Positions 11,770 to 26,400 of a stretch of DNA of 64,000 nt are shown here, piece by piece. The stretch is from NCBI GenBank assembly GCA_001179505.1, contig CDMY01000242.1:1-64000 (forward strand), given 5' to 3'. The translations under genes were made by a program, and so were the position numbers. Within the stretch, counting starts at the first letter, position 1. Every line of letters starts with the position of its first letter. Origin of the DNA: Vitrella brassicaformis CCMP3155 (taxonomy: Eukaryota > Protista > Chromerida). The notes below the pieces were generated by a model. It saw nothing but the letters and a program-made list of their open reading frames with translations. It ran no database searches and had not been told where the DNA came from.

Positions 11770-14700
11770 ATGCAGCGAGGGTGGGACAACGGCAACCGCC
11801 GGGTGCGGCCCGAGTACAGAGAGGACCGTGTCCGTGCGGAGGAGCGGTGGCTGGAGGACAAGCTGGGCGTCGAGGTGCTGCCCTGCTACGGCACCACCTC
11901 TCAGCGTGCCGCCCCGACCGTCCGCCGGGATGGCTGGCTGCTCAACGTCAAGGCCACCACAGTAGCGCAGAACATGGCGGACCGCAAGGGCGATGCGGCG
12001 GTGTGGCTGTTTGCCATCGACAAGGACGGCAAGGTCTTTCGCACCACGTTTCGGTACGCGCCCTACTTTTATGTGGAGGTGGCGCAGGAGGCGGGCGTGG
12101 TCCAGTGGGTGGTGGACTTCCTGGACAAGAAGTTCGGCAAGCATCTGGTGGGGATGGGTGAGGGGCCGCGGCCGGAGAAGGTGCTCAAGGAGGACCTGGC
12201 CATGGAGGACCACCTCAGGAAGGGCAACTCCAAGACATTCATCAAACTCACATTCCGTAACCATCCACCCGACGACGGACGGACGGACGGACGGACGATC
12301 CACACATAGGTCAACACGTTTGGTTTGACGTGTGTGCAGGTACGGTCGAGGATTTGCAGGAGGTGAAGCGTGAGATCAATGGCATCCTGAAGGCCAACGA
12401 GCGGAAGCAGAAGGGCAAGATCCCCACCACGTCGGCGGCCGACGAGTTCGCTAACCTGCTGGGCAGGCGGGCCGGCGGCTACGACGACACCACGGCCATC
12501 CGTGGGCTGTACGAGGCCGACGTCCTGTACGTCCAGCGGGTGTGCATCGACAACGACATCCGATGCGGCAAGTGGTACACCTTCGAGTGGAACCCCCCCA
12601 ACAATCTCAAGGCAAGGCAACCACAAAAAACGACAACGCACACAGAGAGAGAGAGAGGGCGCCGATCGCATTGGCGTGGTGCTTTGTCTTGTGGCGTGGC
12701 GTGTTGAATGCATGCGTCAGTTGAGGTGTCTGGAGGGCAATGGTGTGGTGCACGTTCGTCCGGAGGTGCGGTGTTTGGCGTGGGATATCGAGACGACCAA
12801 GGAGAAGCTCAAGTTCCCCGACGCGACCTACGACGAGATCATGATGGTGTCGTACATGATGGACGGGGCGGGCTTCCTCATCGTCAACAGGGCCATCGTC
12901 AAGGCAGACATCGAAGACTTCGAGTACACCCCCAAACCCGAATTCCAGGGCAACTTCACGGTCCGTCCGTCCGTCGGTCTGTGTGTGGGGTGGTGGGGGT
13001 GGTGGTGGAAGGGATGGATGGATGGATGGATCTGTGTGTGGTTGTCTTGTGTGTGTCTTTCAGGTGTACAATGTCGAGAATGAGCGTGCGCTGCTGCGTC
13101 GGTTCTTCGACGACATCCGTGACCTCCAGCCGCTGGTCTTCGTCACATTCAACGGAGACTACTTCGACTTCCCCTTCGTGGCCAAACGAGCCGAGGTAGC
13201 TTACCTACACACACAACCACACAGCCACCGACTCTCTCGCACCGCATGTGTGTGAATGGAATGTGTGTGTCAGATTCACGGCATGAAGCTGTGGAGCGAG
13301 ATAGGTGTGCGCGAGAGCAAGGAGGCAATGGACACGATCTTCTCGGGCCGCTTCTCGCTGCACATCGACTGCCTCTACTGGGTCAGAAGAGACTCGTACC
13401 TGCCGCAGGGATCGCAGGTGCGCCTCCCTCGCCACCCACCCAGCCAGGCGCACACAGAGACAGAGAGAGAGACACCGACACTGCCGACACTGCCGACACT
13501 GCCCGCCCCCCCCGTGTGTGTGTGTCTGTATTCTGTATCTGTCCTGCAGGGTTTGAAGGCGGTGACCCGTTCGAAGCTCAAGTACGACCCCGTAGAGCTT
13601 GACCCCGAGCTCATGCAGCCATATGCTGAGGAACGGTCAGCCACACACACACACACACACACTCGCGCACACATGGTTGTATGCGATGCGGACCAATCCC
13701 ATCCCTGGTGTCTGTGTGTTGTCCAATACCTATCTGATCTGATCTGCCTACCATCCATCCATCCAATACCAGTCCACAGGATTTGGCCACCTATTCGGTG
13801 TCTGATGCGGTGGCGACCTACTACCTGTACAAGAAGTACATCCAGGACTTCATCTTCGCCCTCGGCACCATCATTCCCATGCACGGAGACGACGTCCTCA
13901 GAAAGGGATCGGGCACGCTCTGCGAACAGGTCGCCCTCCGATGACCGGATGGATGGCATGGCGGGGATTGTCTGTCTGTCTGTCTGTCTGTGTGTGTGTC
14001 TGTCTGTGTGTGTGTCTGTGTGCTGACCAGCTGCTGATGGCCGAGGCGTACCGTAAGAACATCGTGTTTCCCAACAAGCACAAGGAGAGCCCTCTGCAGT
14101 TCCACAACGGCCACCTCCTCGAGTCAACCACATACGTCGGTGGACGGGTCGAGTCGCTCCTCACCGGCATGTACGCACACACCACACACACACACACTGA
14201 CGGGGTGGCGTGGCACCAACACACACTCGTCAGTCACGAGTGTGTGTGTGTGTGGTGGGTGTTGTGCTATCATTGCAGCTATCGCAGCGATCTGAAGGAG
14301 TCCTTCAACCTCAACCCCACGGCCCTCCAGCAACGCATCGACGAACTCGATAAGACATTAGGTGCGCACAGCACACCATACCGCTGCTAGTAGTGTCGGT
14401 CGGTGATGCATGTCATGTCTGCTGCCCTTGCTGTTCAGATTTCTATCTGCGTGTGGAGAACGACGTGAGTCAAGAGGACGTCGAGAACTTCGATGAGGTG
14501 CGGCAACAGATCCTGCAGGCGCTGACGGCACTCAGGTACGTGGGTACCTACCTGCACACACAATCAATGGATGGATGGATGGATAGCGGATGCACTCAAT
14601 GGGTGGCCTGTGCTGTGTCTGTCGGCCAGGGATGAGCCCAAGCGTCAGGAGGAGCCGCTGATCTACCATCTAGACGTGGGCGCCATGTACCCCAACATCA

Positions 14701-17700
14701 TCCTCACGAACCGACTGCAGGTACGACTGACTGCACACAAACACACATTGCCACTCCTTGCATGGCATGCAATGCAATGCAATGCAGCCGTCGTCGATCG
14801 TCACAGAGGACTTCTGCAACCGATGTTCCTTCTTCAGCGAAGGTAGGTGCGTGGGGTCGCACCGGGTCGGTCACACCGCATATATCAGAAACACCCCACA
14901 TGTGTGTGTGTGCGTGTCATGTTGGTCCCTCCCTCAGCTGAGGTGTGTCAGCGTCACATGGAGTGGACCTGGAAGGGCGAGCTCTACATGGCCAGCAAAG
15001 CGGACTACAACAACATACGCGCACAGATCGAGTACGAGAAGTTCCCCCCCAAAGCAGCAGCCACCGGACCCACACCAGGAGGGTGGCGCAGGAAGCAACC
15101 TGCTGCCCCCACCAACGCTGCTGCTGGTGGTGGTGGTGGTGATGGCGACGGTGGTGGTGGCGGGAAGGGCGACGAGTCTGAGGATGAGGGTGGTGGTGGG
15201 GGGGGCGGTGTGAGGGGTCGCCGTGATAGGGACGACATGGACGTCGATGAGCAGGGGGGCGGGGGCAAGGACAATGCCGACAGGAGGGCATACAGAAGGT
15301 GGGTGAATATAGTGGATGCACTGCACAGATGAGGAAGAATCGGCAGATGAGGACACACTCTACATTTCTATCTACCTTTCTCTGCCTGCCTGTGGTGTGT
15401 GTTGTGTTGGTGTGTGTCAGGTGGCATGACCTGACTGAGCAAGAGCAGGCCGACGAGCTCATCAAGCGCATCCGGGCGTTCTCGCAGAAGGCCTACAAAC
15501 GCCTCAAGAAATCAGAGGTACACGCAACACAACACATACAACCAAACCCACACGCAGCCCAGCCCACCTTCCTTGACGCACCTCGTTAATTGCCTCCCCC
15601 CCGTGTGTGTCCGCAGATTCAGTTGCGCACCAATATAGTGTGCCAGCGCGAGAACCCATTCTACGTCGACACCGTCAGGCATGGATCCCCCCCCCTCCCG
15701 ACCCCACACACACACGGCACTCATCCACCCCAGCCGCCCGAATGATATATTGATATGCGTAATATATTTGTGTGGTCGATGTATGTCAGGGCGTTTCGCG
15801 ACCGTCGTTATGAGTACAAGAAGGATCTCAAAAAGTGGCGCAAGAGGGGCGAGGAGGCCGAACAGCAACAGGACCTCGCCAAACTCGCACATGCAAAGGT
15901 GAGGGAGTGAGTGAGTGAGTGAGTGGGCGGGTGAGGTGAGATGACCAACAAACAAGGGGGACGGACGAAACACACATCTGCGTTAGTCAGTGCATGTGTG
16001 TGTGTGTGTGTTGGCTGCGTGTGGTGTGGTGTGGTGTGGGTGGCTAGGACATGGAGTTGCTGTACGACAGCCTGCAGCTGGCACACAAATGCATCCTCAA
16101 CTCGTTCTACGGGTGGGCGGGTGCCTACATGCATCATGACATGCACTGCACTGCACGGTCTGAACACACGTGTGTGTATCTGTGTGTCTGTGTGTGTGTG
16201 TGTCTGTCTCTGTGTGTGTGTCTGTGTGTGTGTGTCTGTGCAGGTATGTGATGCGCAAGGGTGCCCGCTGGTACAGCATGCCCATGGCCGGCATCGTCAC
16301 CAAAACAGGCGCTGACCTCATCAAAGAGGCCAGGTGGAGTGGATCGGATCACACCACACCCAGCCGACTGCTGTTTGGCTGCCTGGCCTGCATGTCAGGG
16401 TGCTGGTTGACGGCGTGGGCAAGCCGCTGGAGCTCGACACGGACGGCGTCTGGTGCATGCTGCCCAAGACTTTCCCAGGTAGGGTGCGCGGGCAGACAGA
16501 GACGGACACGGGCCGGCCACTCACTCCTTAACTTCGGTCGGCAGAGACCTTCTACTTGAAGCTTCGTGACGGACGGCAGCTGCGGATGCAGTACCCCTGT
16601 GTGGTGCTCAACCAGGACGTCAACCAGAGATACTCTAACAACCAATACCTGGTTCGGTTCGCCTGCCGCCACACCCCACACACATACATACGGGGCATCC
16701 CATGTCTGTGTGTCAGACGTACGTGCCCGAGAGGGACTCGTGGGAGCGTTCGACTGAGTGTTCGATCTTCTTCGAGATCGACGGCCCCTACCGCGCCATG
16801 GTCATCCCCGCATCGCAGGAAGAGGACAGACTGCTCAAGAAGAGGTCTGTCGGCACCCCACCCACACAATACAATACAATTACCCCACCACCTTAACAGA
16901 CACACAGACATGGATGGACAGCTCTCACATCCCCTCTGTTCTGTGTGTGCTGTGTGGTGTGAGTCAGGTATGCAGTGTTCAACTTCGACGGCAGCCTAGC
17001 GGAGCTGAAGGGCTTCGAGATCAAGCGTCGTGGCGAGCTGAAGCTGATCAAGGTGTTCCAAGAGGAGGTCTTCCCGGCCTTCCTCGAGGGCACCACACGC
17101 GAGGAGGCCTACGCCGCCGTGGGGGCCGTCGCCAACCGGTGGCTGGACGTCCTCGACAGCAAGGGGCACACACTCACTGACGACGAGGTCATCGACCTCA
17201 TCTCGGAGAGCAAGAGCATGTCCAAATCCGTCAAGGTGCAGGCAGGCAGGCAGGCGCACACAGATCAGATGGGGGGCTGGGAGGGAGATATGGGCGTGGG
17301 TTTGGTGTGTGTGTGTGTGTTATGTGATAGGAGGCGGGCAGCTACAAGTCTGTGAGCGTGACGACGGCGACGCGTCTGGCTGAGGTGCTGGGTGAGCAGC
17401 TGCTGTATGACAAGGGCGTCGTCTGCCACCTCATCCTCTCAGAGAAGCCCATCGGCGACCCCGTGTCGACACGAGCCATACCCGTACGAACGCAACGCCC
17501 ACAGACACCTACCTGCATATGCTGCACACCCTCGAAGACTGGTGACTGCACTGCGTCACGTGCAGGTGACGATTTTCAATGCGGACGAGGTGACGCGCAA
17601 CCACTACCTGCGCAAGTGGCTCAAGGACCCCCAACACGACAACTTCGACATACGAGGCGTCATCGACTGGAAGTACTACAAAACACGGTACGCTACGGTC

Positions 17701-20700
17701 AGCCACCACCCACGCCACGCCACGCCACGCCACGCCCTCCACACCACTCATCTCATCTCATCCAGCCACCTCTCCCTCTCCCCCCCTGCCATATGTCTAT
17801 ATGGCTGGCACGTGTGTCTGTCAGCTTGGGTGCGGCGGTGCTGAAGATCATCAGCATCCCGGCGGCCTTCCAGGCCATCGCCAACCCGGTCCCGCGAATC
17901 GTCCTGCCAGACTGGCTCAACAAACGGCTCAAGGCCAAGGCCGACGCACACAGACAGCGCAGGCTCACCGAGATGTTCAAGCAGGCCAACGCAGCCAACG
18001 CCGCCAACAAGCGCAAAGCCCCCCAGCCGCCAGACGGCAACGACGGCAACGCTCCTGACGACGACAGTGGCGCTGTGGTGATGATGGACATCGAGGACCT
18101 CACGACCCCACACCCGTCCGCTGCTGCTGCTGCTGCTCCGAAGAAGCCGGCCGCCCCCCAGCAGAGAGACATCCGCACGGACCGAGGGGTGGCGGTGGGT
18201 GCCCCAGCGCCACCAGGCCCACCACCCGCCCCACAAGCAGCGGAGCCGGCAGTGCTGTTCGCTGAGGACCCGAAGCGGTGGATGAAGCAGCAGAAGAAGA
18301 AATGGAAACAGCTCAGATCGGTAAGAAGAGACGGGACAACAAATCATCCGTCTGGCTGTATCCATGATCCATTCATTGACCGACCATGTGTGTGTCTGTT
18401 CGTTCAGGCGTTGAAGGCCAACATGGTGCGTCGGCGGCGTGGCGCCCGTCAGCAGAAGCGGCTGGACGAGGGGGAGGTGGGCATCGAGGCCTTCTTCGGC
18501 AGGCAGCGCGAGAACCTCCTCACATACGACTGGCAGGTGCTCAGTGTGCGGCAGGTCCCCAACGACATGGGCCTACTGCTCGTGTGGGTCACCATCGCAG
18601 AAACCAAGGAACTCTTCAAGTGAGACCATCCTCCCCGTCCCCCTCCCACCACCTCACACGGTTCTGTGTGCGCCAATGCTTGGCTGGCAGGATCTTCGTG
18701 CGCGTCAAGCGTCGGCTGGTGATCAACACGGCGAGCCCCCGGAAGGAGACGGCAGGCGACGAGGACGACGGCACGGGCGGGTCGTCTGGCATCCGGTGCA
18801 AGGGTGTGGTGTGCGAGCTGCCGCGGGGCGCCACGGCCGTCCACTGCTATGAGCTGGAGATGGACGAGAACGACTACCACAGCTATGGCCGGGAGGACGC
18901 GCAGTTCCTCAACGAAGAGGACATCATCGGCGTCTACGAGACGCAGGTGGGCCCTGCCGTCGGCTGTGGCTGGTGTTGGTGTTGGGGGAGGGGGAGGGGG
19001 AGGAGTGGGGAAGGAAGATGGGCGTGCGTCTGTTGGTGTGTGCAGATGCCTCAGTTGCTGTCGTTCGTGGTGCGGTATGGGTCGCTCCTCTCGCTCAGAT
19101 CTAGCGAAAGCGCCAAACGTACCTGAGGGGGAGAGGGTTAAGTGAGGCAGACAGACGCACGCGACGCGCGATGGATGCACATTTCGTCCTTCCTCGCTGC
19201 TGTCCGTGTTGTGGTGGTGTGTGTCTGGGCACCCACTTGACTTACTACGCACTCACAGTGTCTCTGAAGACGAGCTACTTCGAGGAGCCCCAGCTGCAGC
19301 CCCACTTCAAGCCCGCACGCCAGTACCTCCCCAACATACCATGCTTCATCTTCGTCAAAATCGCATGCACACACAACTCCAAAATGTGAACACCAGCCAC
19401 ACCCCTGCACCGCACCCAACAGACCCCACATGGCCCATGTGTGTGGTGTGGTGTGCAGGTACTGTGCGAGTGTGTTCTGCACGGAGAGGAGAGAGGGGAT
19501 GGTTATCTTCGGCGGCCCCCCGCCCCCCGACCGGCCCGACTTCGGCCGTGTGTTGGCGGCCAAGGACTTCTTCCGCCAGTACGGCCAGTGGAAGATCGAC
19601 TCCCACTACACCAAAAACGCTGCCAATGCACACAAGGCCCTCGCCAAACACATCACAGACCTCTCCAAGAAGGGCCTGCCCTCGCCCTTCATGCTCCTGC
19701 AGACCACACTTGACGATGAATCGGTCGGTCGGGGGGGTGACTGACTGGGGATGGATGGATGGGTTACAGCGAATGTGTGTGTTTGTCTGTGTGTGTATGT
19801 GTGTGACAGTTGGGTGAGTTTTGGTCGTCGAGTTGTCCGTTGCCGTGGGCTCGGCTGCCCGATGGCTTCCCGCAGGATGACGACATTCCACCACTGCAGT
19901 GGACCATGTCAGCAAGCCACAGATAGATACACAGAGAGAGACACTCGCCCACGAACAGGCAAATCGTTTGTTTCTCCCGCCCCTCTCTCTCTGTCCGTTC
20001 ATCAGTTGGGCGGCCCGTCGTTCAGCAGATCGTTGCATCGCGGCGATGGAGTTCGCCATTTGGCGGCTCAACGTGGCGAGGATGTGCAAGATCCCTATGG
20101 GGGCCATCATGGAAATGACCGACGCCGACCTGGGCATCAACGTCCTCGACATACTCTTCGCACGGGCACTCAAGGAACACAAAATGGTCAGCCAGCAACC
20201 AGACATACACAGACAGACAGACATACACAGAGACGATCCCTGGCATGCATCAGCTGGGTGTGTGTGTGGTGTGATGCGGTGTAGGTGTGGTGGTGTTCGT
20301 GGGGTTGTTTGCCCGAGGTGGGTTTGCCGCCCGACACGGCGACCTCGAGCGTGTTCGACCCGTCCGAGAAGCTCCCCTTCCAACCCACCAACTGCGCCGG
20401 CGCATACAGAGCCACCTGCGTCAAATTCAAGCTCGACAAGAAGGTAAGGTATGTAATGATTGTATTGTATTGTATTATCCCTCCCTCCCTCCATCCACCC
20501 TCACACACACACACATACAAACATACATACTCTTCATTTGAGCTCCCTGCCTGCCTGCAGTTGTGTGCGGCGGCGATTCGCGAGTGCCGTCAGCTGTCGG
20601 AGTTGTCAGGTGTGGACGAATTCTTCAGCGCCGCCCACACGTCGAGCGGCGCCCTCGACAGCAAGCCCCATCGCAAGGGCATCCACCCGACGGCCACGCA

Positions 20701-23487
20701 GGCCGCGATGGGCACACAGGGGAGCAGCTCATCGGGTGGTGGGAGTGATGGGCCCTCGTCGGGTGCCTTGCTGCTCAAGGCCAAACACCAGTTCCCGCCC
20801 TCGGTCGCCACACCCAGAGCCCTCTCCGTAGGCCATCCTCATGTGTGTTGTGTCGAGCTCATCCATGTGTGTGTGTGTGCCGGGGTGGAATACAGGCGTT
20901 GAAGTCAGTGGTGGATCTGATGATGGACCAGGGCCGCGTGTGGTCCGACGCGGCCAATTTCTTCCTGATGCAGCTGCACCGCTGGCTCAGCACACCCCAG
21001 TCGGCCTTCCACGACCCCGCACTGCAGAGAAAGGTCGCCGACTACGAGAGGAAGCTCTTCTCCCTCCTGCTGGGCCACATCCGGCGGGTCACGGACGTGT
21101 CGCTGGTGTACGGGGACTTGGACGAGCTGATACTGTGCACAGGCCGGATCGACCCGCAGGAGAGCGGCAAGGTGGTGGAGAGCCTCACCAACCAACTCGC
21201 ACTCAAGAAAATGTTCAGGAGCCTCAACCTCTCGGTCGGTGGTGTGGTGGGTCAGGCGGGGCGCTGCAGCTGATGGGGTGTGTGTGTGTGTGTGTGTGTC
21301 AATATGTCCGTCGGTACGTCGGTGTGGTCAGGCTCCCGACGAGGCTTATGTGGCGCTGCTGTGGCTGGACCGGTCCAACTGGACGGGGATACTGGCAGAC
21401 ACCGATGACGACGGACGGGTGGGGTGGGATGGGCACAACACATCCACATGACATTCACCCAAAAACCGACCAATGAATGCATTTGAGGGGACGGCACGCG
21501 TGTATGTTGTGTCTCATTCAGATAGTGCTGCAGACATCTGCCATCAGTGAGTGGCAAATGGCCTGCTTCCTCCCAGACGCACTCAGCGGCGCATTCATCA
21601 AGTGAGTGAAGGAGTGAGTGAGTGAGCCACATGGACTGACCTGACGGGTGGGCGGGGCTGCGACCCTCCTCCACCCACACCACACCACAGGCACTGTGCC
21701 GAGTTCCTCTTCAAGTCCGTCGAGGAGACCACACGGATCTACAACAGGTAGGTCAACACACAACAGACAGACAGACAGGCAGGCACAGCCAAAGAACCAA
21801 TTGGTGACGCTCATATGTCCGTCCATGTGTGTGTGCCACGTGTGGTGTGCAGCAAGATCGACCAGGGTGGCGACGCTGCGATGAGCAGTGGCGGCCGGGC
21901 GGGCAGCAGCAGCCTCAACGAGCAGCTGCGGGAGGCGCAGGCGGCCTTCATGAAGGAGATGATCGACGGTTGGCACGGCAGGCTCCTGCGCTTTGTGGGC
22001 GACATCGAGAAGAACCGGATTGACTGCATCCGACGCGCACAGGAGGCTCCTGACGACGGTAGGTACGTAGGGACACTCTGGCCATCCATCCATCCATCCA
22101 TCCACACGCAGAGTGAGTGATCGCCCAGCGTCTGTGTGTGTGTGTCTCTGTTTGTGTGTCAGAGTTTTGTGACGCCAGTGACGAAGATGAGGACGACGAG
22201 GAGTTTGCCAGCCTTGAGACGAGGCGACAGAGGAAGATACAAAAGGAAACACAGTGAGCATCCTTCCACACGCACACACACAGGGCAGGGCAGGGCACAC
22301 ACGCACAGCATATGCGCCACCGGAAACTTGATTCTCTGCACTGCGCTGCGCTGCGCTGTGCTGTGTGTGCACTCCACTCCACCCCATCAGGCGTTGGGAG
22401 CTGCCTGTGCGTCCGGCCGACCTGCCGGCTGGTTCGCATCATCGTCACCACGGCAGTTCGCTGCAGCTGCTCTTCATCCGGTATCTCATGAAGGTCTTCT
22501 CACAAGACACACTGGTGGCCGACGAAGTCACGGTCAGCGAGCGAGAAGCATACACACATACACACACAAAACACGACAGACAGACAGACAGACAGACCAC
22601 GTTACTTTGCACCACCTGCCTTTGCTGTGTGTGTGGTTGTTTCAGGCACTGCGTCGCGACTTGCTGTCGCTGGTCAAGGTGAAGGAGTTCTCGCCAGAGG
22701 GAGAGTGGAGGCCGCCGTGCAAGTGCGTGATATTGACAATACAGAGAGGGAGGGGAGGATCTGTCTCTGTCTGTCTTTTGCAGGTCGCTGGTGCTGCGGG
22801 ACATCGAGTGTTCGCACTGCCACCGTGTGTGTGACATGGATCTGACCACTGACGAGTGGGCCTGTCCGGCAGAGGAGTGCCATGCCGACTATGAGCCGGA
22901 GTACATCGAGAGCAGGCTCGTGCAGGAAATAGAAGAGCGCGTGCAGCACTTCCAGGTACACACACACACACACAGAGAGAGACAGAGAGAGAGAGAGAGA
23001 GATGCACAGGCAGGTTGTTTAGGTGCTCTGTGTGTGTCGTGTGTTGTGGTCTCTCTCTCGCACAGAACCAGGAGGTGTTGTGTCGAAAGTGTCGGCAGGT
23101 GCAGCTCCCCCGTCTACCCCGCACATGCCAGTGAGTCGCATGCCTACGCCTCTGCATCCACTTATCCACTGCTGTCAATCTGATGTCTCTCTCTCTCTTG
23201 TGTGTGTGTGCGTGTGTGTGCGTGTGTGTGTGTGTGGCAGCTGTGCCGGTGCTTTCGTGGGCCGCATCGACGTGGCAGAAATCCGGTCGGTCAGCAGAGA
23301 GGGAAACCATGACAACGAGGGGAGGGGCAGCAAGGGTGTCTGTTGCGGCATGGTGTGTTGCGCTGTCTGTATGTGCAGTGAGTTTCTTGAGTCGGTTCGT
23401 TACGTGGCTGAGAACCACCCGTCGCTGGAGGAGGGAGGCTGGCTCGCAGAGACCGTGGGGTTCGCCGACAGTGTACTCTCTCTGTGA
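11770..23487 (+). CDS. POLE: DNA polymerase epsilon catalytic subunit (dozens of exons)
   Basis: Exo [17 protein letters not shown]; Exo [14 protein letters not shown]; [12 protein letters not shown]; YSVSDA; Pol motif [19 protein letters not shown]; motif [23 protein letters not shown]; motif C ELDTDG; [16 protein letters not shown]; C-terminal Cys clusters (CSHC...CPAEEC; CRKC...C..C). Confidence 0.98.
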
Positions 23488-23489
23488 CA

Positions 23490-26400
23490 CAAATGTGTGA
23501 CTTGACTGACGTGTCACTTGAACCTTGGGAGTCGAGTCCACCAACAGCCCATGACACGCGCCTGTCTGCACGGCGCGGTGCGGTGTGGGGACCGATGTGC
23601 GTGTCGATAGGGTGCTGTGTGTCATGTCATGTCATGTACGTGGCGTGGGTGAGCGGGTGTTCATACTTCGTATATATCACTGACCCACTGGATTTCGCCA
23701 GCCTGCTCTGCTGGGCTGGCGATGTGCGTGGTGTCATGTATCGACGTGCCATTCGATTCGTTCGATGGGGAGGCCATTCATTCTCTTGGTTCATTCGACA
23801 AATGAGTCAGTCGATAACATCCATCCATCGATCCATCCAGTCGGCCACCCGCGGGAGGGAGGCAGCAGGGGCAAAGCACACCACACCACACCACACCACA
23901 CCGCGTATTGTATGCATGCATTGCAAGCACTGCACAGCCGCCAGCCAGAAGGGAGAGGCGGTGGGTACTTAGGGACGTACACGGCCGGGCCGCATCACGC
24001 TTTCGTGCGTGCGTGCGTGAGGCGTGCTGCGCTGTGCTGTGCGGCCTTGATTCTTTCTCCTTTCTGGTGAGTCAGTCAGCCCCCTCTGCTCGCAGACATG
24101 GATGGATGGCCGGTGTATACAGCCATATACAGACACAACGACAGTCGACGGACGCATTCATTCATTCAGAAGAAGAAGAACTCGTTAGTTAGTCAATCGG
24201 ACAGAGCACACAATGGGAGGGAGAGTCACGCTCGATTGCGACCATCCATCCATCCAGCCATCCAGTCAGCCCCCCACCCAGACAGCCACAAATCTATCCA
24301 TCTATCTGTCTGTCCATCAGCCAGCCAGCCATATCAGTCCATCCATCCCATCGATACAAAGCCAGTCGGTCCCGATGCAGGGAGGCAGGCAGGCAGGCAG
24401 GCAGGTATCCATCCATCGGGGGAGGAGAGTGGGGTTTGTGGGGTTTATATATACAACAGTTAGGCAGGCAGGCAGACAGGCAGACAGACAAACAGTCAGT
24501 CAGTCACTTGGGAGGCACGCAGGACTGTTAGTATGTAAGCTGGTATGCAGGCAGCTGAGCTAGGTTAGGTTGGTCGCTACAAATACATAAGGGAGGGAGG
24601 GAGGAGGGAGAAGCGAGGGGAAGCGGAGCCGATGGATGATGGACAGACTGGTCTGGTGGCCATCATAACAGATACAGCACCCTCCCTCCCACACACCCAC
24701 ACCCACACCCCCACACACCGTCACCTCGCCCCATCCAATCCACAGCACACGACACCACACACACACCCTCCACACACAGGCACACAGATACACACACACG
24801 CGCACACACACACACACATACACACGGCCAAGTAAGTGGAGTGGCCTGGATGCATGGCAGGCCGGCCGGGCGGCACCGACATACGGGAGAGGTAAGAGCA
24901 CTGATGCAATGCAGCAGCGTATGCAGCATACGATCCATGAGGAAGGTGAGAGGAGCAAGACGGCAGGCAGGCAGACCGACAGACAAATCATCAGACGGAA
25001 AAAAGATGAGACGCGTAAATGTGGCCGCACGGCAGCTATGCCACAGCGCAGCTAGGGTGAACCTTGCTGGCTGCTACGCTGCCGCACCTACAGACAGATA
25101 AGGCGCTCCATCCATCCATCCAGCCACCCCGCCATGCCCTCCTCCTGTTCCCCTCTCCCCCACCCCCCACACAGTCAGGCAGGCATAGCGACTCACTGAA
25201 TTCCACCCACCCACCCGTCACACACATCACATCCATCCATCCATCCATTTGTCCGGCTCACGCAAACTGGCTGGGCTCGATCGGTGAAAAAAAAGGCGAG
25301 GCGGCCGAGGCAGGCCTGACCCGCTCTCTCTCCATCCCACTTTGCTTTGCAATGCAACCACAGACATGCCTACCATACAGACATACACACACACACACAG
25401 GGACGGACAAGCATACACAATCACACGAACGAAAGTAAAAAGCCCACGACGACCTGTGCCGCCTCCGCCTGTGCCACCTCCGCCGTCCCGTATCGTCCAT
25501 ATCGTCAGTCAATCATCCCACCCACACACAGAGAGCAAACATCCAGGAGTGAGTCCGGGCACACAGGCATACAGGCAGATAGATCCACTCGATAGACTCG
25601 ACAGACTCATACGATCCAGCTATGCTATGCTCTCCACACAGACGCCGCCCATTCACACACACCACACCACACCACACCAGCAGCAGCAGTATCCATCCAT
25701 CCCATGCACACCAATCGGTCAATCTGGCCACCTTTCAGCCATCCATCCCATCGACAGGCAGACAGGAGATGAGATGAGGGAGGGAGGAGAGAGGGGGTGA
25801 GGCATGGCAGGTGGGCCAACGTGGGTGCGTGTGGTGTTTGTGGTGTGGTTTCCGTGTCCTTTGGTGTCTGTCTGTCTGTCTGTCTGTCACTGGTCGACCG
25901 AAGGCCGGAAAAATGGTCTGCCTGCCTCTTGAACGCCTCACAGCTGACCCGATCTGACCAAGCCAAGAGCCAACCCACACACACACATGCCCACTGCTGC
26001 GCCAACGCAAATTAACGGCCCCAGCCAGCCAGCCAGCCAGCCAGCCAGCGCACCTCTCTGTGGTCAATTCTTCATCTTCCTTCCTCTCTGTGGTGGTCGA
26101 ATGGTGGATGGCATGACCTTTCAAAAACTGGGTTGTGAGTCAGTCAAGACAATCAGACAGCCGCACAGACGGACGCATGGATGGACATGCACACCCCCCC
26201 CCACCCCCACCCCGATTTCCTTCCTCTGCTCTACAGGTAGGTCACATCAAATGCAAGGCACGCACCACCAGACAGCCACGCAGTCAGTCAGTCAGTCAGT
26301 CAGTTGAGTTGGGACACACACGACACCACATGACAGGCACACACGAGAGGTGGGTGGCGCACGGACGCAGGCACACATGCACGTCTGCATGGCACGGCAA

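Noticed and set aside
13477-13503. Short tandem repeats such as (CCGACACTG)3, (GTCAGC)4 at about 29123 and a 12-bp GEPA repeat at about 50725
   Set aside because: Ordinary slippage repeats with no unique spacers, so not CRISPR-like; no cas genes, and the genome is eukaryotic.
19355-20494. 379-aa minus-strand ORF (also 22642-23625 and 11671-12303)
   Set aside because: Antisense to POLE exons and introns and contains translated microsatellite.
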